A stretch of 63,120 nt of DNA, counting the filler, from Globobulimina sp. (lineage: Eukaryota), in assembly GCA_003354225.1 (NCBI GenBank). It is 32 parts of 32 records of this genome, joined end to end, with 100 filler letters (N's around TTAATTAATTAA, not from the genome) between each part and the next. Parts side by side here need not be neighbours in the genome. Positions count along the whole stretch, not along the records: positions 11,863 to 13,739 come from PIVH01010991.1; positions 13,840 to 15,716 come from PIVH01010992.1; positions 15,817 to 17,693 come from PIVH01010993.1; positions 17,794 to 19,670 come from PIVH01010994.1; positions 19,771 to 21,647 come from PIVH01010995.1; positions 21,748 to 23,623 come from PIVH01010996.1; 26 more parts are not named here. One strand, given 5' to 3'. A program made the translations under genes and the position numbers. Positions 11,763 to 23,723 of this stretch are shown here, one piece after another (position 1 is the stretch's first letter; every line of letters starts with the position of its first letter). The notes beneath the pieces were generated by a model that worked only from the letters and a program-made list of their open reading frames with translations, was not told where the DNA came from and ran no database searches.

Positions 11763-11862
11763 NNNNNNNNNNNNNNNNNNNNNNNNNNNNNNNNNNNNNN
11801 NNNNNNTTAATTAATTAANNNNNNNNNNNNNNNNNNNNNNNNNNNNNNNNNNNNNNNNNNNN

Positions 11863-12973
11863 TGGATATTCGTGTAAATCCTCAGCAGCGATGGTGTTGT
11901 AACCATGACACGTCGCCCACATCGCCCGTATATACGCCACGAATGAATGTAAAACCATAAATATTGGATCGTCGGGAGAATAGCCGGTGGCCATCGCACA
12001 TTCATCGCATTGCGCAAAAAACCAATGAACATATTGATGTTCCATAACAATGCCACCTTTAAATTGTAGAAATTCTTCGTATGATATTATTTTAGTAATT
12101 TTTCTGGGAGTCGGCAATAATATGCTTGGATCAACATTTCGTTTTAAACAGCAGCCATTTGCAGCATCCTCTGTTTCAGCGCATAAGTTCTCTTCAATGA
12201 TGGGCCACCTTTCAACACTCCATAAAGGAGCATCGACACAATAATTATTTTTACGTTTACCATCACCGCCGAATACCGAATTTAATATAAATGTCTCTGT
12301 CTCATGACCTGCATCAACGGAGAAATCATAATAAGGTAAAGCAAAGCATGTAAATTTGCCGCCTAAGGCTCGGATTTGACTGCATATATATTATCATTTA
12401 TGGTTTTTAAATAGTTTATAATAGGACGTGTTAGAAACACTTCGTTCAATCGTTTTGGAAAAATGAAGCACCGAATGGCTGAATTTAAAAAAACGAAGTG
12501 TTTCTAACACGTCAATGTTGTTAATAAATCTTCTTGTTCGACATCGGAGGATCGACAGCCTCCAAACATCAAATAAATACATACAGCAACGTTAAGAAGC
12601 TGTATTTATTTGTCCTCCAATGGTGAACAAAAAATGTTTCATCTGCACAATAATTATGATATTCAGTATTTATAATTTATAAAATATCACTCAACGTTTC
12701 GACCTCCCAAACTAAATAAGTATGCCAGAAAAAAAAAGATGAACCACGATGTATCGCTGTATGCGTTGCATGATCGGCGAGAATATCTTGATATTTACCA
12801 TTTTTACGAATTGCTTGTAATCCTTCCACATAAAGCATTAATTCTCCCTTTGATAATTTATGAATGGGTCTTCGGATTCGATCACATTCCTCTTCTAAAT
12901 ATATGCCACTGCCAGAACCAGAAATTAATTTTGTTAATATTGCTGATATTAATAATAAAAAAAATGCCACCAT
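11863..12973 (-). CDS. Secreted tyrosinase / type-3 copper protein, 3' partial (intron 12380..12695)
   Basis: Signal peptide, RIRRPIHKLS, CuA DHATHTAIHRGSSFFFWH, LPYYD, FGGDG, CuB HQYVH..SPDDPIFMVLH. Spliced frame checked as open. Confidence 0.92.
12425..12513. mobile_element. 89-bp MITE-like element with perfect 22-bp terminal inverted repeats, inside the tyrosinase intron
   Basis: GACGTGTTAGAAACACTTCGTT (12425-12446) / AACGAAGTGTTTCTAACACGTC (12492-12513). No clear TSD. Confidence 0.75.
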
Positions 12974-13235
12974 TTTCTACTTGATACTTTCAAAATAAAT
13001 GTGGCTTAAATTATATATAAATATACAGAAACAAACAAATTTATCACCAATATGAAAGTTGCACCAACCGAGTGACGTTGGTGCTGGATTTATGTGTGGA
13101 TATTGGTGGTGAATTGGTGTGTGGATTGTAGATGAATTTGTGATCCAGTCCTCTTTTACCATGCGATTTGGAGCATCTTTTAAAAGATGGACTAGATCAT
13201 AATATTCAGGGATGAACTGCTAACATTAAATGCAG

Positions 13236-13739
13236 CACCGTGGTATACCGAGAAATGATAAATGTTTTGATAAAAAACTTCTGAGGTTTTTTTAACTTTT
13301 TTCCAGATAAAAAAAGTCCCGAAAGTACCGAATAATTCCAATGGTGCTATTTTCAATCTCCGAAATCAATATTCGCGGAGTTATTTAAAAATTACCGTTT
13401 TTTAAAATGTTTTGAGTGAGGTCAACCTTGCTTAGCTTGTGTGGCAATAATGACCGATATTGAGGAGGATGTGTAATTTTCACCATTAAAATGGCGTTAA
13501 CTCAAACTCAAACGCATTAAAATGGCGTTAACTCAAACTTTTTTACCTTTAACTCAAACTAAAATGGCGTAACCAAAGTTGACTTTTAATATTCCGCCAT
13601 ATTTTGCAGTTTTTTCAAAACACTATTTAAGAGATGCTATTACTATTTTCGAAACGGTGTGGTATTTTTTTTTTGCAAATAATGCAAATTTACCAATTTT
13701 CCTAAAAACTCGAATTTCCGAATATTTCAAAAATGAGCA
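13236..13739. mobile_element. Possible left end of a non-autonomous DNA transposon (CACCGTGG start) with internal CATTAAAATGGCGTTAACTCAAACT repeats
   Basis: Non-coding. 25-bp direct repeats at 13484 and 13515, plus a partial third. The other end is not in the contig. Confidence 0.3.
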
Positions 13740-14105
13740 NNNNNNNNNNNNNNNNNNNNNNNNNNNNNNNNNNNNNNNNNNNNTTAATTAATTAANNNNN
13801 NNNNNNNNNNNNNNNNNNNNNNNNNNNNNNNNNNNNNNNGCAATGCGTAAATGCGTTTATAGGACAAAAATTGTCAAAAAAATGGAAATGTCAAATATTA
13901 TGTCATGAATCGATTACCAATGAATATTTAAACACTTTAATCATATTTTCGCGGTTCTTGACAAGAAACTTAATGATTTATTCTTTCCATTTGTATTTTG
14001 TATACATCTGACAATATTTTGAAGATGTAATCAAATATTCCACAACAAAGGCAATTAATGCAAACTCAATGATAGCTAATCACGTGTAGCTAATTATATT
14101 TATAT

Positions 14106-14810
14106 CTATTGCATGCTTTTACCCATTTGTTGCCCAATAAAATAATAAATCCATTCCACGCAAGCAAACACAATCCAATATTTTAACCGATCCACAATAC
14201 TTTCAATCACATTATTTGCTTCGTGATGTAACTGCTCTCTCTTTCTTTCATCCATATCAAAATCATCATTTTCCTCATTATCACTTTTATTTCCATTTTC
14301 ATTCCTATTTTGTGGCAACGGTTCCCTTTCAATTTCATAATATTGTGGTTGTAGAGATGCCATATTCTCCGACTCCTCATTATCATACATTTGCAGCTCC
14401 ATATTATCATATCCAGGATCGATAATCTTTAATATTTCTGGATTCACCAAAGTCGCAATATTCGCTACATCATTCACCAATTTCCAGGCACTTTCCATCC
14501 ACACTCGAACCGCCAAACATGTACACGCCTTTTCCTTACCAATTTCTGAATATATCTGCCATGGATTGGCATCCTCAAAATACGCAATCACAAAGGACTC
14601 ACAACATTGTCCATTCTCAATCTGTGCGCGTGTCACATTCAAAAGCCATTCATCTTTATCCGTCTCGTCCGAGTTCGCAATCACAGTCCATTTATACTTC
14701 GAAGCTATTAATCCATTGATCCCCTCACACGATAATTGCTTCTGTTTCTTATGAGCATAGCACGAATCATACAAACTGTTAAATGTGATGTTATTCGGTT
14801 CAATCACCAT
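14106..14810 (-). CDS. Hypothetical protein with C-terminal hydrophobic segment
   Basis: 234-aa ORF with an acidic linker and a TM-like end. A 5' exon may lie upstream near 14880. Confidence 0.55.
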   Translation of the reverse strand: MVIEPNNITFNSLYDSCYAHKKQKQLSCEGINGLIASKYKWTVIANSDETDKDEWLLNVTRAQIENGQCCESFVIAYFEDANPWQIYSEIGKEKACTCLAVRVWMESAWKLVNDVANIATLVNPEILKIIDPGYDNMELQMYDNEESENMASLQPQYYEIEREPLPQNRNENGNKSDNEENDDFDMDERKREQLHHEANNVIESIVDRLKYWIVFACVEWIYYFIGQQMGKSMQ

Positions 14811-15816
14811 AACCTGATAAGACTGCCTCAGTCCATAATTATTGCATTAACCGTATTTCTTGCTCTTCATTTTGGGGCATATCAATGTGTGCATTTGCAC
14901 CGATCCCTTTTCTAAATTTATTGAATTTTTTGATTAAAATATACATTATCGTTCAACGGATACAATTATGTGGTTTAGTGATGCATTATAGTGTTGAATA
15001 TGTGGAAAGTTTATTAATTGAAGATATTTCATTAATGTATACATCAATGTGCGGATTTTTTATTCCTCTTTGTTTTTTCCCTTTGGTATTAGGCTTAGCT
15101 CTTGCAGCAAAAATAAACTACCTTATACCTATTTTTCTTTTTTTTATTATTATTGTTTTATGCAGCGCAAAATATTGGATTATTTAGTGAAATATTGGAT
15201 TATTTTTAGACATGATTTGTTCAAAGAAGTATGGACTTTATGCTTGAATCTTGTTGAAAGAAAAAAAATATATCAAACTGTTTCCTTTGTTGTGTGATTA
15301 CATGTTTGATTGATTAAAATTATGAGTGATGCCACTTATTTAAATTTAAAATAGAGCGCAAAGTTTCTGCTCTCCCTTAAAAAAAAAAAAAAAAAAAAAA
15401 AATTGTTTGTATGACGAAAGATGAGAAAGATGAGAAAGATGAAAAAATTAATATGAGAAAGACACTAACATTGAAAACACATGGATGACTATCATGAAGA
15501 AACATTTGAGGATCTTGTGGCGCCCTTTCCACATTGTTTTAAGAGACTAAGGATAATCTCAACCCAAAAACTAAAGACCAAAGATAGTTCCTATCAGCAA
15601 TGAGGCACTTCTCAGCATATAATGGTATTTTTCTTTTACAAAACTGTGGTTTGCGTCACAAAACTACGGTGGGAACCACAAAGTAATGCAAGTATTTCAT
15701 CATTATCTTCAAAATGNNNNNNNNNNNNNNNNNNNNNNNNNNNNNNNNNNNNNNNNNNNNTTAATTAATTAANNNNNNNNNNNNNNNNNNNNNNNNNNNN
15801 NNNNNNNNNNNNNNNN

Positions 15817-17693
15817 TTCTTTGGTGTATTTCTTTTCTTTTTGGTTTTATTTTTTATATTTTTCTCACTCGCAATACTTTTTGATCGTTTTTTTGTTTTA
15901 TTATTTGCAGTTTTTTGTTTTTTCTTTTTTTTACTGCCCTCAGCAAAGGCGATACTTTTTGATCTTTTTTTCTTTTTATTTGTGATCTCATTATCTATAT
16001 TTGCTTATTTTACATTCTTTTTTTTATTTTTCTTCTTTGCAATTGGAATATTATTGCTTTTCCCTGCAGTCACACCTAAATCGATGGTTTTTGATCGCGA
16101 TGTGGATCTTTTCTCATCCAATACGGGAACAAATGGTGATTTATTTGATGATGAATTGGGAGAATATGGTATATCATTTATATTAATCCGTGGCGTATTC
16201 GTACCAGTTTTAGTCGATCGCGATGGTAATATGCTGTACGATTTTGTTGCAACCACTTGTAACTCAATAACTTCTGCTAAATTTGCCTCATCGCCACTGT
16301 CCGAACCTTATTCCAATCAAAAAATATAAATTAAAAAAGCATACCAATCAAAAACTTTTATTATTTTTCGACAAACCTTGTTTAGGTTGAATGCCAATGA
16401 CATTTTTGAGCAATTTTATTAAATTTGGCGGTTTTAATGTGATGGGCAAATTCCATGAAAACAACCATATATTTAACCACGTAATGAAATAAATTGTGAG
16501 TGGTTGCCATACGAAGATGGATAAAAATACAGATTGAAATAACTGTATTAGCCATGACGAGGAATCACCGACATGTGCACCGAAATTATTATTTAAATTA
16601 GCTTCATTTTCTTCAATTTGTTGATCAGATAATTCTTCATTTATTAATAACTGCGGATTCATATCATAGCATTCTTCATTATATCCCTCCTCTGTAAATG
16701 CATTCGTTTCTTGTGTTTTATATAATAAATCAAACTGTATTCCGTATACAATCGCCAATATACTACATCCGCAACACCACAAAATTAAGAAAATCCACCC
16801 AACATATTTCATATGATGCCGCCATGAATGGTCTTGTTTCAATAATTTGCATCGCGTATAATATAAAATTCTCATACGAGATAATTTATCATTGGCTCGG
16901 ATAATAATTTCATATATTTCGTCCATCATTGATTTATCCACATATTTAAATTGCGAGTCTGCTTCTAATTTATCATAGATTTCATTATATCGTTTTACAT
17001 CACCTTCTCTCAACTCATTATCTTCCGCATTTGTGGGTAATTTGGATAAATCAATTTTATTCAATTTCGCTTCAGAAACACCATCAATATTAATAGTAAT
17101 ATCGACTATATTTGGCTTTGCTTTTTTAAACGAAAATCTTGCTATTAACGCTGGAATGGTCGACCACAATGACACTAAAAACGAGGCAGTTATGTCACCA
17201 AATCGTTGCTGTTCCACGCCGTAAAAGACTGCGGATGAAACCTTCAAAATGTTTTAAAAGTTTAAGTAAAAAGTTTTTGAGTAAACATAATGACAAAATT
17301 AACACACCATAATTGTGGATAAGTATAAGTAGAACGAAGCTATACGTTCCCGTTTGGTATATCCAGTGCCTTCGCTATGTTGGAACACTGATAACAATGT
17401 ATGGTTATCCTCCAAATATATTTTATATAATCTCAATTGATTCGTACACAATCTGTTATCTTTTCTAATCGATTTAATTAATCCAACGCCATAATGTTTA
17501 TGTTTCTCACTATATAATTTCTCAAATATTTGCGCCGTAGTCGATGGTAAATATGATTGCATTTTATGATCTCGCACCGCGGTGAACATAATATCTCTAT
17601 ACGCCAATGGCGATAAATTATCTTTTTTATTACGAACAAACGCATAGATAATACAAATCAGCACAAACAAAAACAAAATAGCGACTAAAGTGA
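15817..17693 (-). CDS. Polycystin-1 (PKD1/REJ)-like multi-pass membrane protein, internal fragment, at least 2 introns
   Basis: YLEDNHTLLSVF..GYTKRERIASFYLYLSTIM|VSSAVFYG matches the PKD1-family H.WLSVF..FTR..R segment. Further TM helices, SSSWL...IFVWQPL and a Lys-rich tail. Confidence 0.7.
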
Positions 17694-17893
17694 NNNNNNN
17701 NNNNNNNNNNNNNNNNNNNNNNNNNNNNNNNNNNNNNTTAATTAATTAANNNNNNNNNNNNNNNNNNNNNNNNNNNNNNNNNNNNNNNNNNNNGATAATT
17801 CATTGTCATTTAAATCAGATATTAATTTTAATAATTTCAGAAAGTTTCTTGGAAGAAAAGCACCCGCCAAGTTTGGATATCTTACTACCTGTA

Positions 17894-19522
17894 ATGTCGT
17901 CTTTGAGTTCTCAAAAAAGAAAGTTTGAAGATATCAGTATTACTGAACCACACGACACAGACATCAATGTTCTGAATGAACCCACGTTAAAAAAACGTAA
18001 ATTGATTAAAGATGATCCACCAAAAGTAATAAACACACAAACTGATGATGCGAATAAAACATCACTGGAAATACAATCAAATGAAACAGAAATCACAAAA
18101 CAAGAAACAAAACAAAGTGATAAAGTAGAAATAGATGAAAATGTTGAAACGGAATTAAAAACAGAAAGAAGAATCATTGATCCCTACAAGCAATATAATT
18201 GGGAATCAGCTAAGATTATATTACGAGCAACCACAACATTTGCAGATACAAACAAGGATCACCATAAATATTTGGATGGTGGTAATTTTATAAAATCAAT
18301 TTATTGGTCACCAAATGGTGCCCATTTATTATCAAATTCAAATGATCGAATATTGAGAATGTTTAATCCATTTAACTACATTTCTAATGATAATGATAAA
18401 ACAGAGAATGAGATGAAAGCGTCAGTAATGTATAAACATAGAGAACCAATTTATGATATTTCTTTTTATCCGTTATTTAAAAACAATGATTATTCAACAA
18501 ATGTGTTTGTAACATGTTCCAGAGATTCACCAATTTTTATGTTTGATTCGTGGCAAAATAATAAACGTTGTTCATATTCGCATTTATTCGGAGATGTGGT
18601 AGTAAGCCCATATTCGTTAACCTTTTCATCAAATGGAGAGTTTATATTTGGTGGATATAAAAAATATATCATACAATTTTCAACAAAGAATCCAGGCAAT
18701 CAATATCATAAAAAAATAAAATGCGTAAATAGGAATAATTTTGGACAAAAATCGATAATTTCTGTGATGAAATTTATGAATAAAAATAATTATATCTTTG
18801 CGAGTGGTTGTTATGATGGTATAGCACAATTATTTGATATTCGATGCAATTTTGCAATGTGCGCATTTAAATGCATTGATAATCACAATAATGGTATTAC
18901 AGATATACAATTTTCACCCTGTAATAATTATTTATTATGCGGCCAAAGGAAAGGAAATGATATTTATTGTTGGGATTTAAGATATGTTAAAAATAATTAT
19001 TACTTCAATAACACATTCGAGACTGTTGATGATGAAAATAATATTAATTTTAATAATTTTAATGATGGAAATACGAAAATATTTAAAGATAATGATGCAA
19101 AAAATAAATATTTATGTGCAAAATATAAAAGAAATATTATAAATAACCAAAGAGTACAGTTTGACATTGATGACTATAGTGGTTATTGGATTGTGTCCGG
19201 TAATCAAAATGCAAATTATTGTAACATTTATGATGTTAATACCAATACATTTGATGTTGAACCAAAATATCAATTAAAACACGATATAAATGTCAAATCA
19301 GTAAGTTCTGCCCAAATATGTCCAAAATATCCTTTTTTGGCAACTGCTGTTGGACAAAGAGTATTAAAACAAAGAAAAATACCAAATTCTGATCACAAAG
19401 ACAATAATAATGACTCGAACAATGAATCAGAATCAGAAACAGAGAGTGAAACTGAAAGTGAGCTGCAATGTTCAAATATTAATGATATTTGTATATGGGA
19501 TTTACGATTCAAACAACACTAA
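17894..19522 (+). CDS. WRAP53: Telomerase Cajal body protein 1 (WRAP53/TCAB1), WD40
   Basis: FIKSIYWSPNG..SNDRILRMF, EPIYD..FYP, TCSRDSPI..FD, SPYSLTFS.NG, NNQRVQFDID and YPFLATAVGQR are TCAB1 hallmarks. Confidence 0.9.
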   Translation: MSSLSSQKRKFEDISITEPHDTDINVLNEPTLKKRKLIKDDPPKVINTQTDDANKTSLEIQSNETEITKQETKQSDKVEIDENVETELKTERRIIDPYKQYNWESAKIILRATTTFADTNKDHHKYLDGGNFIKSIYWSPNGAHLLSNSNDRILRMFNPFNYISNDNDKTENEMKASVMYKHREPIYDISFYPLFKNNDYSTNVFVTCSRDSPIFMFDSWQNNKRCSYSHLFGDVVVSPYSLTFSSNGEFIFGGYKKYIIQFSTKNPGNQYHKKIKCVNRNNFGQKSIISVMKFMNKNNYIFASGCYDGIAQLFDIRCNFAMCAFKCIDNHNNGITDIQFSPCNNYLLCGQRKGNDIYCWDLRYVKNNYYFNNTFETVDDENNINFNNFNDGNTKIFKDNDAKNKYLCAKYKRNIINNQRVQFDIDDYSGYWIVSGNQNANYCNIYDVNTNTFDVEPKYQLKHDINVKSVSSAQICPKYPFLATAVGQRVLKQRKIPNSDHKDNNNDSNNESESETESETESELQCSNINDICIWDLRFKQH

Positions 19523-19770
19523 AATAAATTGTATACAAAACCTGACCCAAACCCAAGGAGTCAGAGCATTCTCTGAAATCATCACAAACAACAAAAAAAA
19601 CACAATAGACACAAATTTTCAAGTATTAAAAATAAGTAACATTCACAAAAGCAAACATTCACAAATTAAANNNNNNNNNNNNNNNNNNNNNNNNNNNNNN
19701 NNNNNNNNNNNNNNTTAATTAATTAANNNNNNNNNNNNNNNNNNNNNNNNNNNNNNNNNNNNNNNNNNNN

Positions 19771-21307
19771 GTTCTTTTCTATCATAAAACCATTCCGTTT
19801 CTGCATCGAGAGCGGCAAAAACATTCTCAATAAACCAGGATCCAGCCATTATGGGCAAATTAGTCACCGCATTTTGATTCAAGTCATGTGTTTTTGTCCA
19901 CACTCTGCCTCCTTGAAAGCCGCCGTGACCCAAAGATATATTACCATGCAACAAATCATATTCACCACCAATTTCCCACCAAAATCTAGACAATATCCTC
20001 AACAGTATATTCATTGTAACACATAACATATATACAAAACATACACATTCCAGCCCTGACTATGATGAATATAAAAAACTGCGGTGGCCATAGAGTCGCC
20101 AAATGCAGCTATCTCCGGCAACAACGATGTGTTATACAACAGGCCGACAGGTAATTGCTGAATGCCTTTAGTGGCCTGACGTTGATCTTGATCGCCCCAC
20201 CCACCGCCACAATTTTTCCCGCACCAATAGTTATAACTTGGCGTCCACCGATCACATAACTTGCCATATCCAGCCGTATAAGTATCAAATGCTTTGTCAT
20301 GCGATTTATTCATACATGGACTGGTACTGCTGCAATTTGATAAATCTTTGAAAATCTGATCCGGCGCATATTGCATGCCTTGTGCTGGCAAATACCATTC
20401 ATTCACCCAATATGGATTGATATAATACGCCCCATTCCCCCACACCTCAGCATGTCCTGAATATTCATATACATTTTTAAGACATGTTCTATGTTGCAAT
20501 ATATTGCAAATACGTACCGTTTGGAAAACGCGCTCTTGTCAATCTTGTATGCGGTGTCAAAGTGAACAAACTGAGAATGGTTTGATTGAATAAGTTATTC
20601 GCAAATGATTCATCAAAGGCAGTCATCCAAATATTATGTGATGCATTTCCATCGTTATATCTTTGCCAATGTAATGAGTCGATTTTTAAATGAATGCCTC
20701 CGGATATGGTTACATTTTCATTTGGATAGGCTCGAATTAATAAGTTGTTATCAAAGGTTGTCGGGCTCAGATTGACGGTCGAAGTCAGATAAACAGTGCC
20801 TTTTCGAATTATAAGTTGTTTGATTGCGTCGTTTGATTTGTATGAACGCAATGTATCCAATGCTTTGTATATGGTTTTAAAGGGCGAGGTTTCATCTCCG
20901 TTGTTATTGTCGTTACCATTGATTGGATCGACATAAACCATATATTCACTGGCTTGGATTGGTGCATTTGAACGATATATGGATGGTTTATTTGGCTGAG
21001 TTGGTTTGCTTTGGACAGGGCCACAATATCGAGCAATATCCAATGCGTCCGATGTTGCTGATTGATCACGAAATGGTTGTATTTGATTTGCATATTGTAA
21101 TGCTAGTGTACGGATTTTGCATTCTAATTCGTTAACATCTGCCAATTTGTTAGTGTTTGGAGAATTGAACAAGGAACGTGGAAGGAATTTCTTTTTGGAT
21201 GCTGCCACTCTCGATGCATATTCAGAATGTCGGTAATAATATGATTTATCATCACTTATCGCAGTCACAATAAGCAATAACGACAAATATATGGTCAAAA
21301 GTGTCAT
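19771..21307 (-). CDS. Secreted right-handed beta-helix (pectin-lyase-fold, DUF1565-type) protein, 3' partial; introns 20457..20517 and ~19987..20045
   Basis: Signal peptide, YVDPINGNDNNNG..PFKTIYKAL, IRAYPNENVTISGG, TRARFPNG, GGFQGGR, WFIENVFAALDAETEWFYD. Confidence 0.8.
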
Positions 21308-21899
21308 GCTTAAGCTTGAAACAGTAGATTAAAAAAATCTTTATTCTTTAAAGCCTGAATTTTGACCACGCTTAAAATCACCTTTTAATGATTTACCAAA
21401 AAGTACTGGCAGCAAGTCGTACAGTAGTGTTCCCGAAAAGAGAAACGAATATGATTAGCTAATATATAAAAAAAAAAAAAAAATCCCATAAGTCTATTTC
21501 ATCTTAGTGAAAACATAAATATATCGAAAAAAATAAATTTTTATAAATTATTTTTTGTTTTTTTTTCTATTTAGCAAAAACCTGTAAATCCGCGTGACAC
21601 GAGAGATCGCTTATTTTCTAGCACTGTCTGTCTGGCTACCAGGCTGGNNNNNNNNNNNNNNNNNNNNNNNNNNNNNNNNNNNNNNNNNNNNTTAATTAAT
21701 TAANNNNNNNNNNNNNNNNNNNNNNNNNNNNNNNNNNNNNNNNNNNNTTGTGATAATAATTGGTCTGATAATTATAATGTGCTTAAAAATACAGTGGTAT
21801 TCACTGTTAAAAGCTGAATATTAATTACTCTGAACTCGATCTTTGATGGATTAGAATAATGCAGAGTAACTCAACTAAAAAAACCTTTTGTGTTTGCTA

Positions 21900-22997
21900 A
21901 TGTCATCCTGTTGGTTGTTGGCATTGTTGTTTACTGTCTTGTGTCATGCAGATAATGATATTCTTAAATTATGTCTTGAATCAAATGATTGTAAACCTGA
22001 TGATAATGTATTAACACAGTTCCTATCATTATGCATGAAAAAACCAGCACATATTGGAGAAGTGCTGAAAAAATTAGAAGATGGAGAAATAGATTATAAC
22101 GCATTATTTCGTTTATCAGAAAATGATATCAGAGCAACATTCAAAGAGATTGGTATTCGATCATTGCATATTGGTTTAATTATCAATGAATTACATAATA
22201 TCAAAGGTTCAGCTGTTCAAAAATATCCATCACATTCTGTAACTTCGTCCATTGTGGTATTAAATAATGAACAAAATAAATATATATTACAATTAAATCA
22301 AAATATAGCAAATGTTAAAAACAATATTGCCAAATTAGAGCAGAATATGGTTGCAATTAATGAATCCGCTCAAAACATTACCTTACAAATTAATGATCAT
22401 TATCAAGAATTATATAAAATATTATCAACAGAAAAAGCATTAACATTGGGCAAATTGAATGAAATTAAGGAACGTAAATTAAGTATGAGATCTGACCAAA
22501 AATTAAAAGCAGCAAAAGCACTGAAATATTTGCAAAATGCTAGCATGGATTTATCACAAATCATAAATAATACACAGTTAGATTTAGCTGAGAAGCAAAA
22601 TGGTATTACACAGCTTATTGGCACATCAAAACAGGAATGTATTTCATAAGAGAACGTTTATTGATTAGTATCTTATTTTAAAATGTTTGTTGAGTTCTCT
22701 TATGCTATACATCCCTGCTGATCACAACAGGAATTATTAAAATATGATTATTATTTGCAACAAAACATGGTATTAATAAGCCAACCGGTCATGAAATATT
22801 CCACGAATGAAAGATTTTTGTTTGTAGAATTAGTCCAGAAAAAGAATAACATTTCCGATGTTGGTATTAATTTAACTGAGACTGAGAAACGACTTGATAT
22901 CAAGCATCCATATGGATGGTCCTGGCCCTGGTCCAGTTTTTGTTTTATAATTATTTGTTTTATTTGTTTCGCATCCATAATATATATCTTGGGTTAA
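21900..22997 (+). CDS. Signal peptide + SAM-like + coiled-coil protein with C-terminal TM (spliced, approximate)
   Basis: EIDYNALFRLSENDIRATFKEIGI..LHIGLIINEL is SAM-like, followed by a long heptad region. The downstream ORF 22755..22997 ends in a TM helix. Confidence 0.5.
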
Positions 22998-23286
22998 GTG
23001 GGTTGCTCCCTCAAAAGATAATTATAAGCACCGAATGAAACGTAAGCACTTAACATAAGTTACAGTGTGGATCGTCTATATTGCTTTTTGCAATTAAACG
23101 ACGTGAAAAGGATGTAAGCAAACTGTTGATCTATATACAATTGTGTTGTTTTTTCTATTGCAAATTTATTTAAAGTTTAAGCGTACGTTTCCCCCTGTTC
23201 CAAAAAAATCTTAGATAACTCAACAAAAGAATAGAGACCCCCACAAACACTGCACTGATGCCACAAACTAGCTGACTCAATTTATC

Positions 23287-23623
23287 ATGTCGGATTTATT
23301 AAATGTGTTTGTCAGCAATAACCTCAATGGCAATCTAGATCCAATTCTTTATCGCTATAATGACGGTTTCCAGTGCCATTTCTGCCACAAAGTAGTATCA
23401 TATCACAAACCCAACAACAGCTCCAATATACCACCCAATAACCCACTAATATTCACCTGTCTTCCCTGCCGTTTCGATGTCTGTTTTAAGTGCTTTTTTA
23501 GCAATGAAACGGACCCCATCCTGTACCCAGAATTAAGACCAGACCACCCATACAATCGACGAGCTTCTGATTTGTTCTCATCACATTCATCCACAAACAC
23601 GCAAGCAATGCTAGACTCGTTAC
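23287..23623 (+). CDS. Cys-rich zinc-finger (ZZ/C1-like) protein, 3' partial
   Basis: CHFCHK...FTCLPCRFDVCFKC. Confidence 0.55.
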
Positions 23624-23723
23624 NNNNNNNNNNNNNNNNNNNNNNNNNNNNNNNNNNNNNNNNNNNNTTAATTAATTAANNNNNNNNNNNNNNNNNNNNN
23701 NNNNNNNNNNNNNNNNNNNNNNN

